The notes under the pieces: generated by a model
What the model was told of the DNA's origin: nothing
The model's input: only the letters and a program-made list of their open reading frames with translations
The model's database searches: none
Shown here: one piece after another, positions 8,906 to 17,874 of the stretch
How the letters are laid out: each line of letters begins with the position of its first letter
How positions within the stretch are numbered: the first letter of the stretch is position 1
Source of the DNA: a virus
Strand: one strand, 5' to 3'
DNA length: 64,000 nucleotides
Virus record (IMG/VR): IMGVR_UViG_3300042924_005659
Program-made: the position numbers and the translations under genes

Positions 8906-11578
8906 TCAGTGCAGCTCTATTAAGCTGGTTAAGGCTGCTCGTCTTAGACTGCGCATTCTCTTGATGGCAGCTACCAGACTATTCCAAAGAGGCTTTGGAA
9001 ACACCAGTAATAGATGGTCTTCCTTGTGGGCCTCTATGGCACCTAGGCTCTTTAAGTGACCTACTGCAGACTCCCAGGTAACTACAGGTAGATTGTAGAA
9101 GCGCATCTGGCCCAGGAGGTTAGTTAGGTCTATGGAGACCGTGTCCTCCATTGGGTTCTTTAAAACCACGTATCTCTTCTTGGCAGAGTCTCCCGTAAAC
9201 ATCTTGAACATGCCCTGCTCTACGCCTTCTTGAATGAAGTTTATAAGCTGGACTCCAGAGGACTTGGTGTTTATGTAACCTTTAGCCGACAGCATTACCT
9301 TGGCGGAGTCCAATACTCCGGGGTTCAAATCAAGGCTCTTTGCTAGATACTTCAAACTGTCCAGCATGGAGTGGGATGACGTGGGCCTTACGGTCAAAGC
9401 GTACTGCATAAAGAACGGAAATACGTTCTCGCTATTGATTAATGCCCGGGTCTCCTCCGTAAACTCTATATCAGCCCTCAGGAACTCCCAGTCCTTGTCT
9501 GCAGCCATAGCCGACGCTACTGTCGAATTGGCCAGCACTATGCTGTTCTTGGCCCCTTCGGCCCACTCAGCCAACAGCTTGGCTCTAGATCGAATGCCGT
9601 CGATGGCTACAGGTACCTGGTGCATTTCCGCAACAGCCTGAGCCATTTCCACGTCGTCTCTTGACGATAGAGTTATATGCTCTAGACCTAAATCTATTCT
9701 AAGTATGTCGAAGATGTATTCCGCCAAGGAGCCCTTGTTGCCCACCAGCATCAGGTTTGTCCTTGGCTTCTGATCTACGAGGTTGTTTATTCCTGCCACT
9801 AGGCTCGCCATAGCCCCTAGATAGGCTACCGTCTCCGGACCGTGCTCAAATATATTAGATATCTTCTTGACCGTCAGACCAGCTTCAACCACTACGTTGG
9901 AGCATGGGGGCTCGACCTCACTCATTACAAAAGGCACACCTACTCTAATCTGGTCGGTGTCTATAGATACCCGTGGTAGGTTAAATCTGCCAGTGTCGGC
10001 GTCAAAGCCTACATAGTTCTGCGAGGAGTGGACCTCTGGAGAACTCAGCCTCATTATGATGTCGAGGTATTTTTTAGATATCGAGTCGGCTACAAATGGC
10101 TGCTTAGACAATCCTGCCGAGGCAGCTATGTAGGCCAATACCTTACCGGGCTGCTCCTCTATGTCGTCTTCTGATATCTGAAACGATATTTCCTTGCCTT
10201 CAAATAACAACTTTCCAAATATGGCAGCCGCACCTCCCTGCTTTATTCTGCAGATGTGAGAAATGCGCACAATTGCATTACATACAATCTCGTCGACGAC
10301 TTCCCGAGATCCCTGGATCCAAAGCTTTCCGTCTCTCTCAAAGAAGATCTTCTTGTCTAAGACTAATGGCTGAGATTCCAATATGTGATTAAGTAGTGGA
10401 GCTAGTTCGGCTCTGACCTCATCCGTACAGGAAGCCAAGATTAGATTCTTTTGAAACTCGGTCAATTCCAGACCATCAATGACGTTTCTTGCATTGGCTG
10501 AACCCATTGTGAGCAGCTCGGTAACCAAGAAATCTAAAGGGTCCAGCAGATTGTTGTCCTTGATCTGTGCGTGAACCGACGGCATAAAGCTGCCCTCCCA
10601 CATCTTGGATACCTTTTCTGCCGGTTTCCAGATGTACGGAGTGTCATCTATCATCACCTTGAAGTTTCTTGCCTTGATGCAAGTCTTCATGAAACTGGAG
10701 TCCGGGTCGTCAACCCACATAACAGTTGGCTTGTTGAGCAGCAGTGGCTCCAGCTCTCCAATGGGAGTCTTGGCCACTATTGAAAGTTTGTTATACCTTT
10801 CTACTGCGCATTTTTGAACTATTCTGGCTGCCTGTAGCGGATGAGTCAACACATGCACGGACTCAGACTCATGCTTATGGCATTCGTTAAGCCCACAGAA
10901 TCCTCCTCCGTGCCCTTCTAACAAGTTTAGATAGGACATATGGTCTTTATTTCCAATAAATCCAAACCCGCTAATAAAACCAGGCTTTATATAAAATGGA
11001 ATTACCAAAAGACCGTCTGGCGATTTTCCAATTCCGGGAATGCTGGATTGAAGCAGCTCCTCTAATTCGTGTTTAAATCCAAATCCAAACCAGGCAGCCA
11101 AGCCTCTGTTAAAGACTTCTTGACCTAGCCATAGGTTTAATTCGTTTAATCTTCCACTAGCAAGTCTGTTTGCTACTGGGTGCATGGCGGCTTTAGCCAC
11201 CTGCCAAGTCTTTTGAAGCTGTAAATACTGTTTATTGTAGAAGGTGGAGTATGCTATTTTATCCTCTACATTTACAGACTTTACTTTGAGATCCTTTGCA
11301 ACAGCGTCTATTAACTCTTCTGGGTTTGAGATTTTGTACGCTTGGCCGTATAGTTGCAAACCTTCGCATGCTAGTTTGCACTTGTCGCAGTACATCCAAC
11401 CCTCAAACGGTAACAGGCTGGAAACTAGCATACTTGCTGTTTTGCACTTAGGACATCGAACATAAGCACCTGCCTTAGCAGGCCCGTCGTAGCCCAGAAG
11501 TTTCAAGATTTTTGTATAATGGAAGGTCGAGTAGAACTCTTCCGAAGGAACACCATCTATGAGTCGCTGGATTGACAT
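8906..11578 (-). CDS. Zn-ribbon / primase-helicase-like protein with degenerate catalytic motifs
   Basis: N-terminal CPKC...WMYCDKC; LVIPFYIKPGFISGFGF resembles the DnaG core; WVDDPD; later LVGNKGSLAE resembles a broken Walker A. Confidence 0.55.
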   Translation of the reverse strand: MSIQRLIDGVPSEEFYSTFHYTKILKLLGYDGPAKAGAYVRCPKCKTASMLVSSLLPFEGWMYCDKCKLACEGLQLYGQAYKISNPEELIDAVAKDLKVKSVNVEDKIAYSTFYNKQYLQLQKTWQVAKAAMHPVANRLASGRLNELNLWLGQEVFNRGLAAWFGFGFKHELEELLQSSIPGIGKSPDGLLVIPFYIKPGFISGFGFIGNKDHMSYLNLLEGHGGGFCGLNECHKHESESVHVLTHPLQAARIVQKCAVERYNKLSIVAKTPIGELEPLLLNKPTVMWVDDPDSSFMKTCIKARNFKVMIDDTPYIWKPAEKVSKMWEGSFMPSVHAQIKDNNLLDPLDFLVTELLTMGSANARNVIDGLELTEFQKNLILASCTDEVRAELAPLLNHILESQPLVLDKKIFFERDGKLWIQGSREVVDEIVCNAIVRISHICRIKQGGAAAIFGKLLFEGKEISFQISEDDIEEQPGKVLAYIAASAGLSKQPFVADSISKKYLDIIMRLSSPEVHSSQNYVGFDADTGRFNLPRVSIDTDQIRVGVPFVMSEVEPPCSNVVVEAGLTVKKISNIFEHGPETVAYLGAMASLVAGINNLVDQKPRTNLMLVGNKGSLAEYIFDILRIDLGLEHITLSSRDDVEMAQAVAEMHQVPVAIDGIRSRAKLLAEWAEGAKNSIVLANSTVASAMAADKDWEFLRADIEFTEETRALINSENVFPFFMQYALTVRPTSSHSMLDSLKYLAKSLDLNPGVLDSAKVMLSAKGYINTKSSGVQLINFIQEGVEQGMFKMFTGDSAKKRYVVLKNPMEDTVSIDLTNLLGQMRFYNLPVVTWESAVGHLKSLGAIEAHKEDHLLLVFPKPLWNSLVAAIKRMRSLRRAALTSLIELH

Positions 11579-12905
11579 AACTGATGACGTCTCTAAAAAG
11601 TACTATAATGCCTTCATCAAGCAGGTACCAATGCCAGAGTACGTAAAGTCGGCAAGTGTACTCTCCAAGGAAAACCTGCAAGACATCCCATCCGACGCTT
11701 TTGCTGACGGCCTCAACAAGAAGTTTGCCTTAAACACAAAGGCCAACTGCTGGTGCTCCGCCCTTTACTTCTACGGCAATCAGTGTAGCAGCTCTTCGAC
11801 CAGTAAACAAGCTGAAGCAAAGTTGCTTAAAGCTGCTCAGATCTGGGGCATAGCTGGCGACGTAGAACAGATTAAAAAAGCTTTTGACCTGGAAACTATT
11901 CCGGCTTCGTACGCAATCTCGTTTGAGTATCGTGGAGCCAGAGTAGAGCGTTGCCCGGATCACACCAAAGAAGCCGCTACTGCCAGTGCAGAATGGCTCT
12001 ATCAGAACAGAAGTCGGTTTCCGATTTCAATTCAAAAGCAAGCAGCCGCCAGACTGTTGTCCAAGGCAGATACTTTAAAGTTAGCCAATCAAACAGCGGT
12101 CTACTTGGACAAGCTGGCCAATCCAGAGGTCTACGCAAACATCAACTGCAAGATCGCAACGGCGATTACCGACAGGCTCAGCGCCATATCCACCATGCGT
12201 TGGGACTCTCTTGAGGACGAGCTGCTGAAGATTGCAAACGATCTCAATGCACGGCCGTTTGATATCTGCCATAGCGGAGAACTTATCTCTAGCGCGCTAG
12301 AGGCTCTGGATGTCAAGCACGGACTTAACACCAAGTGGGGTTCAGCCATTCAACATCCTGTCGATGCGTGCTTTAGAGTAAATGTCACCAAGGCAGCAGC
12401 CGTTGCCGATACAGTAATTCATCTTACGACCGGAATGCCTGTCGATCTCACCAAGATCAGCGATCACCAGCTTGAGAAGGGTTTGAAGATCGCCGGCGAT
12501 GACTTCCTGTCATACTGCCAGACCGATGGATTCAACGTGGACCGCAGCAAAGCTGCCGAGATACTGCCAACTTTGCCGAAGCCAGAAGCAAAGCGCTTCG
12601 AACAGGCCATCAAGACAGCTGGATATATTCCAGAAACTGCCTACGACTTCGTGGACAGACTGTTCAAGGAAGCTAACATGGGCATGATGATGCCTCAGCA
12701 GATGCCAGTTGACGACACTAACCCTATGCCTGGCGAAGACGATACTTCGTTCGAGGCTAGAATGAACGAGAAGAAGGAGCAGGCCAAGCTAGACGCCTTG
12801 GATGCTCAGGCCGGATTAGCAGCTGTAAAGGCCAGACAAGCCCGACAACAGCACGAACAGAACGCAGCAAACTCTCAAATGGGCATGACCCAAGGAATGC
12901 AGTAA
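11559..12905 (+). CDS. conserved-looking head-associated protein, rich in K-x-A
   Basis: 448-aa ORF with AAGGA upstream; Ala/Lys-rich helical; Gln/Met-rich tail. Confidence 0.75.
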   Translation: MSRWIDITDDVSKKYYNAFIKQVPMPEYVKSASVLSKENLQDIPSDAFADGLNKKFALNTKANCWCSALYFYGNQCSSSSTSKQAEAKLLKAAQIWGIAGDVEQIKKAFDLETIPASYAISFEYRGARVERCPDHTKEAATASAEWLYQNRSRFPISIQKQAAARLLSKADTLKLANQTAVYLDKLANPEVYANINCKIATAITDRLSAISTMRWDSLEDELLKIANDLNARPFDICHSGELISSALEALDVKHGLNTKWGSAIQHPVDACFRVNVTKAAAVADTVIHLTTGMPVDLTKISDHQLEKGLKIAGDDFLSYCQTDGFNVDRSKAAEILPTLPKPEAKRFEQAIKTAGYIPETAYDFVDRLFKEANMGMMMPQQMPVDDTNPMPGEDDTSFEARMNEKKEQAKLDALDAQAGLAAVKARQARQQHEQNAANSQMGMTQGMQ

Positions 12906-13198
12906 TGATTAAAGTAGCAAGCAACTTAACTGCGCTAGCTTTAATTAAAGCTTCTGCAAACCAAGGAGAAGGTCCTTGGCAATTATATGGTCTAAAAAAT
13001 AGAAAGAAAATCAATCTAAAGTTTCCATACTCTCCTGACGATTTCTACGAAACAATGAGCGATGATGACTTCTCGCAAAAGTTGAACGCAACAATTAACG
13101 CTATAGATACAGCGCTTATGAAAGGCAAATTTCCTGAGCCAGCTCGCCAGCAACTCGGCAGCCTCTTGCTCAATGACTTTCTAAGTAAAGTTAAATAA
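12905..13198 (+). CDS. hypothetical protein starting MIKVAS
   Basis: Coupled to the upstream stop; N-terminus shared with the 14865 ORF. Confidence 0.7.
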   Translation: MIKVASNLTALALIKASANQGEGPWQLYGLKNRKKINLKFPYSPDDFYETMSDDDFSQKLNATINAIDTALMKGKFPEPARQQLGSLLLNDFLSKVK

Positions 13199-13203
13199 AA
13201 GTA

Positions 13204-13905
13204 ATGCCTGTAAAATCCGTAACATCTAAGCAAACCTATGAGCAACTCTGGCGCAGTCGTGATACCGTCGGGACCACGCTCCTCGTTATGGTCTTGGACT
13301 CGTACGGCCAGGAAATCTTTGATATGGACCCAGAAGCCTTCCGCCAAGAAATTGAGGAAGGTTTCGGGGTATCCGATATTCCAGCTATCAGTACAGACAA
13401 AGTTTGGTCTCTTTGGACTTCCCTTACGTCCGACCTCGTTCACTCGGACGTATCGACATTCATGAACACGGCAAATGTGCTTAACGGTACTCCGCTAAGC
13501 TACGATGTGTTTGATATTGCCGATGTCTATGAATGCGCCTGGGCAATCACCGAATTGACCATGCTGGACAGCAGCACGCCAGAACGCCTGGGCTCCGATG
13601 TCCGTAGGTACATTGGAGAAGTGTGCAAGGAGCAGGGTTTATACCGGCCTCCGCAAGTACTAGCCAAGGTTGCCGATATGGGACCTGGTGACTACGCAGC
13701 AAACGTGGAATCTAACGCGGATACCTCGGAAGCTATGCAGATCATGATTCAGGATCAGCTGGCTTTTCAGGAAGACGTAAAGGCATACGTGGAAAGACGG
13801 CTGGCAAAAATGATGCTAGAGCTTAACAACGCTCCTTTGGTAAACAAAGACAACGGAGCTTGGAACAAATTCGTACAGAACTTCGCCAACGGACTCAGCA
13901 AATGA
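13204..13905 (+). CDS. hypothetical acidic protein (233 aa)
   Basis: Long co-oriented ORF with 5-nt spacing. Confidence 0.8.
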   Translation: MPVKSVTSKQTYEQLWRSRDTVGTTLLVMVLDSYGQEIFDMDPEAFRQEIEEGFGVSDIPAISTDKVWSLWTSLTSDLVHSDVSTFMNTANVLNGTPLSYDVFDIADVYECAWAITELTMLDSSTPERLGSDVRRYIGEVCKEQGLYRPPQVLAKVADMGPGDYAANVESNADTSEAMQIMIQDQLAFQEDVKAYVERRLAKMMLELNNAPLVNKDNGAWNKFVQNFANGLSK

Positions 13906-14813
13906 TTTCAATTAGCCACAACATTACAACAATGTTACTAAAGCAGGCCGAAGCCAAGCGTGAGGCCAGCAAGGAGAAGTCTCTGCACGACTGGTTCAGT
14001 CGTAAGGGCGAAAAGGGCTCTAGGGGCGGCTGGGTGGACTGCAATGCACCGGATGGATCCGGAGGCTACAAGGCCTGCGGACGGTCTTCTGGCGAGGAGC
14101 GAGGAGATTATCCTGCATGTCGTCCGACTCCTGGAGCATGCAAGGAAAAGGGCAGAGGTGACAGCTGGGGCAAGAAGTCCGAAGAAGAAAAGAAAAAGGA
14201 CGATGCCTGCACTCGTAAGGTAAAGGCCAGATATGACGTATGGCCCTCGGCCTATGCCTCAGGTGCGGTAACCAAGTGCCGTGAGGTTGGAGCTGACAAC
14301 TGGGGCAATAAGACCAAAGAGGCCAACACCTTTGCCTCAGATACTATCCTAGATGTACCCATCAAGTGCACTCCTGGATTTGGCTGCAAGAGATACTTTA
14401 CGCCAGAAGAGCAGCTTGAAGTCGACAGAGCTAAGGCTCAGATGTTCCCAATGCTGTTTCCCACTGAGGCAGATCCAATCTCCAGCCAACTGTCCAGTCC
14501 AACCTGGGCCGGGCTAGGAACTGGACTCATGGGCGCTCTACTAGGCGCAGGCGCTGGTGCAGGCACTGGAGCCCTACTGGAGAAGAGTGCTCCTCTAGGT
14601 GCCTTGATTGGCGGTACAGCTGGAGGCCTAGGCGGATTGCTGTATGGCTATGGAAGCCGAACCAGAAAGAACAAAGAGATCGAAGACCTGATGGAAGATC
14701 TTCCTGTAGGAGCCGACCTAGGAGACGTCGAGCTCTTCAGCGACCCTAGACTAAAGGCTCAGATGGCCAGAGACTTCCAGCGCCAGCTAGTAAGAAAAGG
14801 CTTGATGGGCTAA
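13902..14813 (+). CDS. putative virion/ejection protein: Cys/Trp-rich small domains plus glycine zipper
   Basis: Likely start at the ATGA overlap (13902). LHDWF...GGWVDC...CGR...YPACRP and DACTRKVKARYDVWPSAYASGAV (DUF5872-like, from memory), then GLGTGLMGALLGAGAGAG...GALIGGTAGGLGG. Confidence 0.7.
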   Translation: MISISHNITTMLLKQAEAKREASKEKSLHDWFSRKGEKGSRGGWVDCNAPDGSGGYKACGRSSGEERGDYPACRPTPGACKEKGRGDSWGKKSEEEKKKDDACTRKVKARYDVWPSAYASGAVTKCREVGADNWGNKTKEANTFASDTILDVPIKCTPGFGCKRYFTPEEQLEVDRAKAQMFPMLFPTEADPISSQLSSPTWAGLGTGLMGALLGAGAGAGTGALLEKSAPLGALIGGTAGGLGGLLYGYGSRTRKNKEIEDLMEDLPVGADLGDVELFSDPRLKAQMARDFQRQLVRKGLMG

Positions 14814-14894
14814 TTAAAGTAGCAAACAGTATTCAGCGTCAGCTAATAATAAAGGACTAATAAGATGATTAAAGTAGCAAACAATATTCAGCGT
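14778..14894 (+). repeat. imperfect ~55-nt tandem duplication across a gene junction
   Basis: ATTAAAGTAGCAAACA(G/A)TATTCAGCGT at 14813-14839 and 14868-14894 (26/27 identical); CAGCG(C/T)CAGCTA(G/A)TAA at 14778 and 14834. Confidence 0.85.
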
Positions 14895-15461
14895 ATGCTT
14901 AAGAAGGCCGGTAGGCCGCAAGTAGATAACCCCAACAAGGCTCCCGTATATTTCCCTATACTAAATCCAAGTAGCAATCAGCTGGCCAATTACGGTATTT
15001 ATGCCGGAGGTGGCGGTTTAGCAGGTGCGGGTATAGGCACTTTGATTAATGCATTGCGAGGACAGTCTAAACTCAAGGGTGCTCTTATGGGTGCATTAAT
15101 TGGAGCTGGTAGCGGCGCAGCAGTTAAAGGCATAGGAGACTACTCCCTAGATAGGCATGTTATCGATAAAGAGGGGAAAAAGTATCCAAATCTAACTAAG
15201 GCCTTGGACTCTCTTGGGGTTTCTCCAAGCCAGGTATACCGAGCTAATAAAGAGCGCATAGACGCTGAACCGGACAAGATCGATATGCCGCTAACCCGAG
15301 ACGAGGAATGGGTAGAGTCTGGGTTTGACCCTGCAACAATGACCTTAATACGTCCCGAGTGGCTACCGAGTTGGGTGCCCACAGCAGGGATCTATACAGA
15401 CGAGCACGCCGACTACTATAGAGAAAAGTACGCGCCGAAGGCGAAGCCCAGTCAAGAATAA
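14865..15461 (+). CDS. glycine-zipper membrane-type protein starting MIKVAN
   Basis: GGGGLAGAGIGTLINAL...GALMGALIGAGSG. Confidence 0.75.
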   Translation: MIKVANNIQRMLKKAGRPQVDNPNKAPVYFPILNPSSNQLANYGIYAGGGGLAGAGIGTLINALRGQSKLKGALMGALIGAGSGAAVKGIGDYSLDRHVIDKEGKKYPNLTKALDSLGVSPSQVYRANKERIDAEPDKIDMPLTRDEEWVESGFDPATMTLIRPEWLPSWVPTAGIYTDEHADYYREKYAPKAKPSQE

Positions 15462-15500
15462 TACAAGACCTGCTGGTATAAAACCTAAGTGCTATATAAA

Positions 15501-15530
15501 CAAAACCCAGGGCTTTGGCCCTGGGTTTTG
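15501..15530. terminator. bidirectional intrinsic terminator
   Basis: CAAAACCCAGGGC-TTTG-GCCCTGGGTTTTG, a perfect 13-bp stem with A/T tracts, between convergent genes. Confidence 0.9.
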
Positions 15531-15535
15531 CTATT

Positions 15536-15595
15536 TGTAGTACCGACATGCGAGCGGAGAGAACGTCTCTCCTAAATAGGACTCATCGGCCTACA
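15536..15595 (-). ncRNA. candidate structured 3' UTR element
   Basis: Nested stems UGUAG/CUACA, GCCGA/UCGGU, UGAGU/GCUCG, GGAGAGA/UCUCUCC; three G-U pairs on the minus strand are C-A mismatches on the plus strand. Confidence 0.4.
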
Positions 15596-15607
15596 GTAGT
15601 TAGTATA

Positions 15608-15940
15608 TCAGCGGTTTCTGGGCTCGCCAAATTCAAAGTTTGCCACAACGACGCCGGCTTCGGTAACGATGACCTCGGCTTCGCCAGCTACCGGGAATAC
15701 GGTCTCTACGCCGTCAGCGGCGACTTGAGCGTATTCGGCCTGGACAAGGACCTTGGCGACGCCAACTGGACCCTTGGAAGCTACTACTGCTTTTGCTGCG
15801 TCTTCTACGCTTACGGCAACATCAATGATGGTTGCGTCAGAAACGCTCCATACGATATTGCGGACTTGGACGTCTGCGCCACTGGTGAACTTAAACGATA
15901 CTGTTACGTCGACTTCTTGAATGTTGCTAATGCTGGCCAT
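15608..15940 (-). CDS. Ig-like (Big_2-type) small protein, probably virion decoration
   Basis: beta-rich NIVWSVSDATII...AVVASKGPVGVAKVLVQA; AAGGAG/GGGG upstream; codon usage similar to the capsid genes. Confidence 0.6.
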   Translation of the reverse strand: MASISNIQEVDVTVSFKFTSGADVQVRNIVWSVSDATIIDVAVSVEDAAKAVVASKGPVGVAKVLVQAEYAQVAADGVETVFPVAGEAEVIVTEAGVVVANFEFGEPRNR

Positions 15941-15941
15941 G

Positions 15942-16109
15942 TTATCCCCTGCTCCTTGGAGTGCCGAATTTGAGAGCTATGGATATATGCGGGCACTTTC
16001 GCTTATATCGTGCCATAACTATATCATAAATCATCTCAAATATCACGGCCATATTTAACAGCGTGGTCAAGATCAGCAGGCCCATAAATACCAAACTCAT
16101 CGTATCCAT
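15942..16109 (-). CDS. 55-aa membrane peptide (not in the ORF track)
   Basis: AGGTG SD; MDTMSLVFMGLLILTTLLNMAVIFEMIYDIVMARYKRKCPH..., hydrophobic N-half and basic C-half. Confidence 0.55.
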   Translation of the reverse strand: MDTMSLVFMGLLILTTLLNMAVIFEMIYDIVMARYKRKCPHISIALKFGTPRSRG

Positions 16110-16114
16110 ATGTG

Positions 16115-16414
16115 TCACCTAGGGTTAGCTCTTTTTTGTGGTACTGAGTCTACGTCTATCCGTGCGCCTAGTTTGTGTAAAACTTTTGCTATGTCGTAGG
16201 CTGCCTTATCTATAGCTTCCTCATCCATGTCCCAGAAGCAGCCGTGTAGGCATTCGTGCAACAGCACCTCAAGTACCTCTGCTTGCTTTGACAACTTGTT
16301 TGAAAGCTTTATGCGCTTCTTGACATAGGAGGGCGGATCTATCTCTCCGCGAATATTTGCTTGGAGATCCGTCCTTACCAACTCCCACGTGTTGTTACGC
16401 AACTTCACTTTCAT
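16115..16414 (-). CDS. small zincin-like metalloprotein (HExxH)
   Basis: EVLLHECLHGCF with downstream E-E. Confidence 0.7.
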   Translation of the reverse strand: MKVKLRNNTWELVRTDLQANIRGEIDPPSYVKKRIKLSNKLSKQAEVLEVLLHECLHGCFWDMDEEAIDKAAYDIAKVLHKLGARIDVDSVPQKRANPR

Positions 16415-16422
16415 TGTTAGCC

Positions 16423-16716
16423 TCAGAGCCAGAATATTACTGCCATCTTCTTGGCTTCGTTGGGTTGCTCAAACAGCGGTTGAGCTTTAACCAGATCGTA
16501 AACCAAGTCGTGCTTGTACACCAGATACCGGTTATTGACTATTGAAAATTTAGTTGGAAGCACGGACTCCAACTGAAGCTGACGCATTATGTCCGCAATG
16601 ATTGCTATATCAAATCCGGATAGCTTAAGTGCCTCGCAGACAGGGAGCAGCTTGGCCTCCCACTCGGGCTTATGGACGAACAGCTTCTCTTCGGACTTTG
16701 ACAACGTGGTGCTCAT
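16423..16716 (-). CDS. hypothetical protein
   Basis: Coupled ORF in the operon. Confidence 0.65.
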   Translation of the reverse strand: MSTTLSKSEEKLFVHKPEWEAKLLPVCEALKLSGFDIAIIADIMRQLQLESVLPTKFSIVNNRYLVYKHDLVYDLVKAQPLFEQPNEAKKMAVIFWL

Positions 16717-16976
16717 ACGCGAATGGAGTTTCTATTCCATTGGCTTGGCAGCAGAAGCCAGTGGCCTTGGAACGAGTAAGGTCCTTCGATCTTTGCATCT
16801 GCGTTAGGTATAAACTTATTCATGCCGTAGCCCTGAAGCCCAGACTCTTTAACGTAATTAAAGACCATTCTTTGAGCCTCAGGAGAAGTCAGCGCCAACG
16901 AGGACGGACCTTCTACGAAGACGCATAGTCCGTCATTCGTAACTTCGTGCTTTTTATTCGGACAGATTCTGACCAT
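16713..16976 (-). CDS. hypothetical protein
   Basis: Overlaps both neighbours. Confidence 0.6.
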   Translation of the reverse strand: MVRICPNKKHEVTNDGLCVFVEGPSSLALTSPEAQRMVFNYVKESGLQGYGMNKFIPNADAKIEGPYSFQGHWLLLPSQWNRNSIRV

Positions 16977-17874
16977 TAGATTGCTCCTTTATCATCGCAG
17001 AGATATCGACTTCTGCAGTGACGTACTTCTGTACGGCAGAGTGTACTGCAGGGTTTACTTCCTTCAACTTGCTGTCTAACTTAATCAGTAGCTCCAGGGT
17101 CTTACCTTCTTTCATGGCCTTTTGCTTGAACCCATGCAAGTGCGTGAGCTTAAGGTCACCCTCTCCTCTTTGTATATTCTCTTCCGTAAGCAGCGTGGTA
17201 ATAGGTACTTTCATCCTATCTTGAATCAGGTAACTAACCCACATCTGCTCTACCAAGGCAATACTTCTTTCAAAGGCAGATTTCTGCTGTTCCGTTGCGT
17301 CTCGCATATAGTTGCGGTCCTGCAGATATTCATCTATGAATTCAGCGTACTGATTTATTGCTTGCCAGTTCTGACCTCCGAATATTGCCATGTTTATCGG
17401 CATTCGGTTAGTCCAGTGAGTTTCTCTCAATGCAGGTAAGGATATACCTGCCTCTAAAAGCTCTTTTCTATACAGTTCGTACTTGTACCATAAGAATGTC
17501 TCGGAGTGGAATCCGACTACCTCGTTATCCAAAAACCCCGCTGGTAACGGCTCCCATAGAAATATGTCGTTATCGAAATGTACGAATGGCTCTTTGATAG
17601 TTTGGTAAGTATGTAGTTTGCTTTGAATCCAAACGCAAGGATCGGAATTAAAAGATTTTCCTACTGATAATATGCTGCTATACGGTAGCTGGCACTCTTC
17701 GGCCAATTCTTTACCTGCGTCGTCCGTGATCAAGGTAAAATCATCATGGTGCTTTCGTATGGTTGCAGCTGACAATGCCATTATGTAGACCGCTGGCTTT
17801 ATAAGTTCCCTACCGCCAATCATATCTAGATAAGGTAAGAACTTGTCCGCCCTAAATGAGTGAAATGCCTTCAT
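16954..17874 (-). CDS. DxD glycosyltransferase-fold-like protein (DUF6734-like)
   Basis: WIQSKLHTYQTIKEPFVHFDNDIFLW; MPINMAIFGG; C-terminal THLHG. Confidence 0.6.
   Translation of the reverse strand: MKAFHSFRADKFLPYLDMIGGRELIKPAVYIMALSAATIRKHHDDFTLITDDAGKELAEECQLPYSSILSVGKSFNSDPCVWIQSKLHTYQTIKEPFVHFDNDIFLWEPLPAGFLDNEVVGFHSETFLWYKYELYRKELLEAGISLPALRETHWTNRMPINMAIFGGQNWQAINQYAEFIDEYLQDRNYMRDATEQQKSAFERSIALVEQMWVSYLIQDRMKVPITTLLTEENIQRGEGDLKLTHLHGFKQKAMKEGKTLELLIKLDSKLKEVNPAVHSAVQKYVTAEVDISAMIKEQSNGQNLSE

Noticed and set aside
15565-15590. Hammerhead-like CCGAUGAGUCC...GGAGAGAC
   Set aside because: It deviates at essential core positions (CUGA is CCGA, no C11.1, GAAA is GAGA), so an active hammerhead is not supported.
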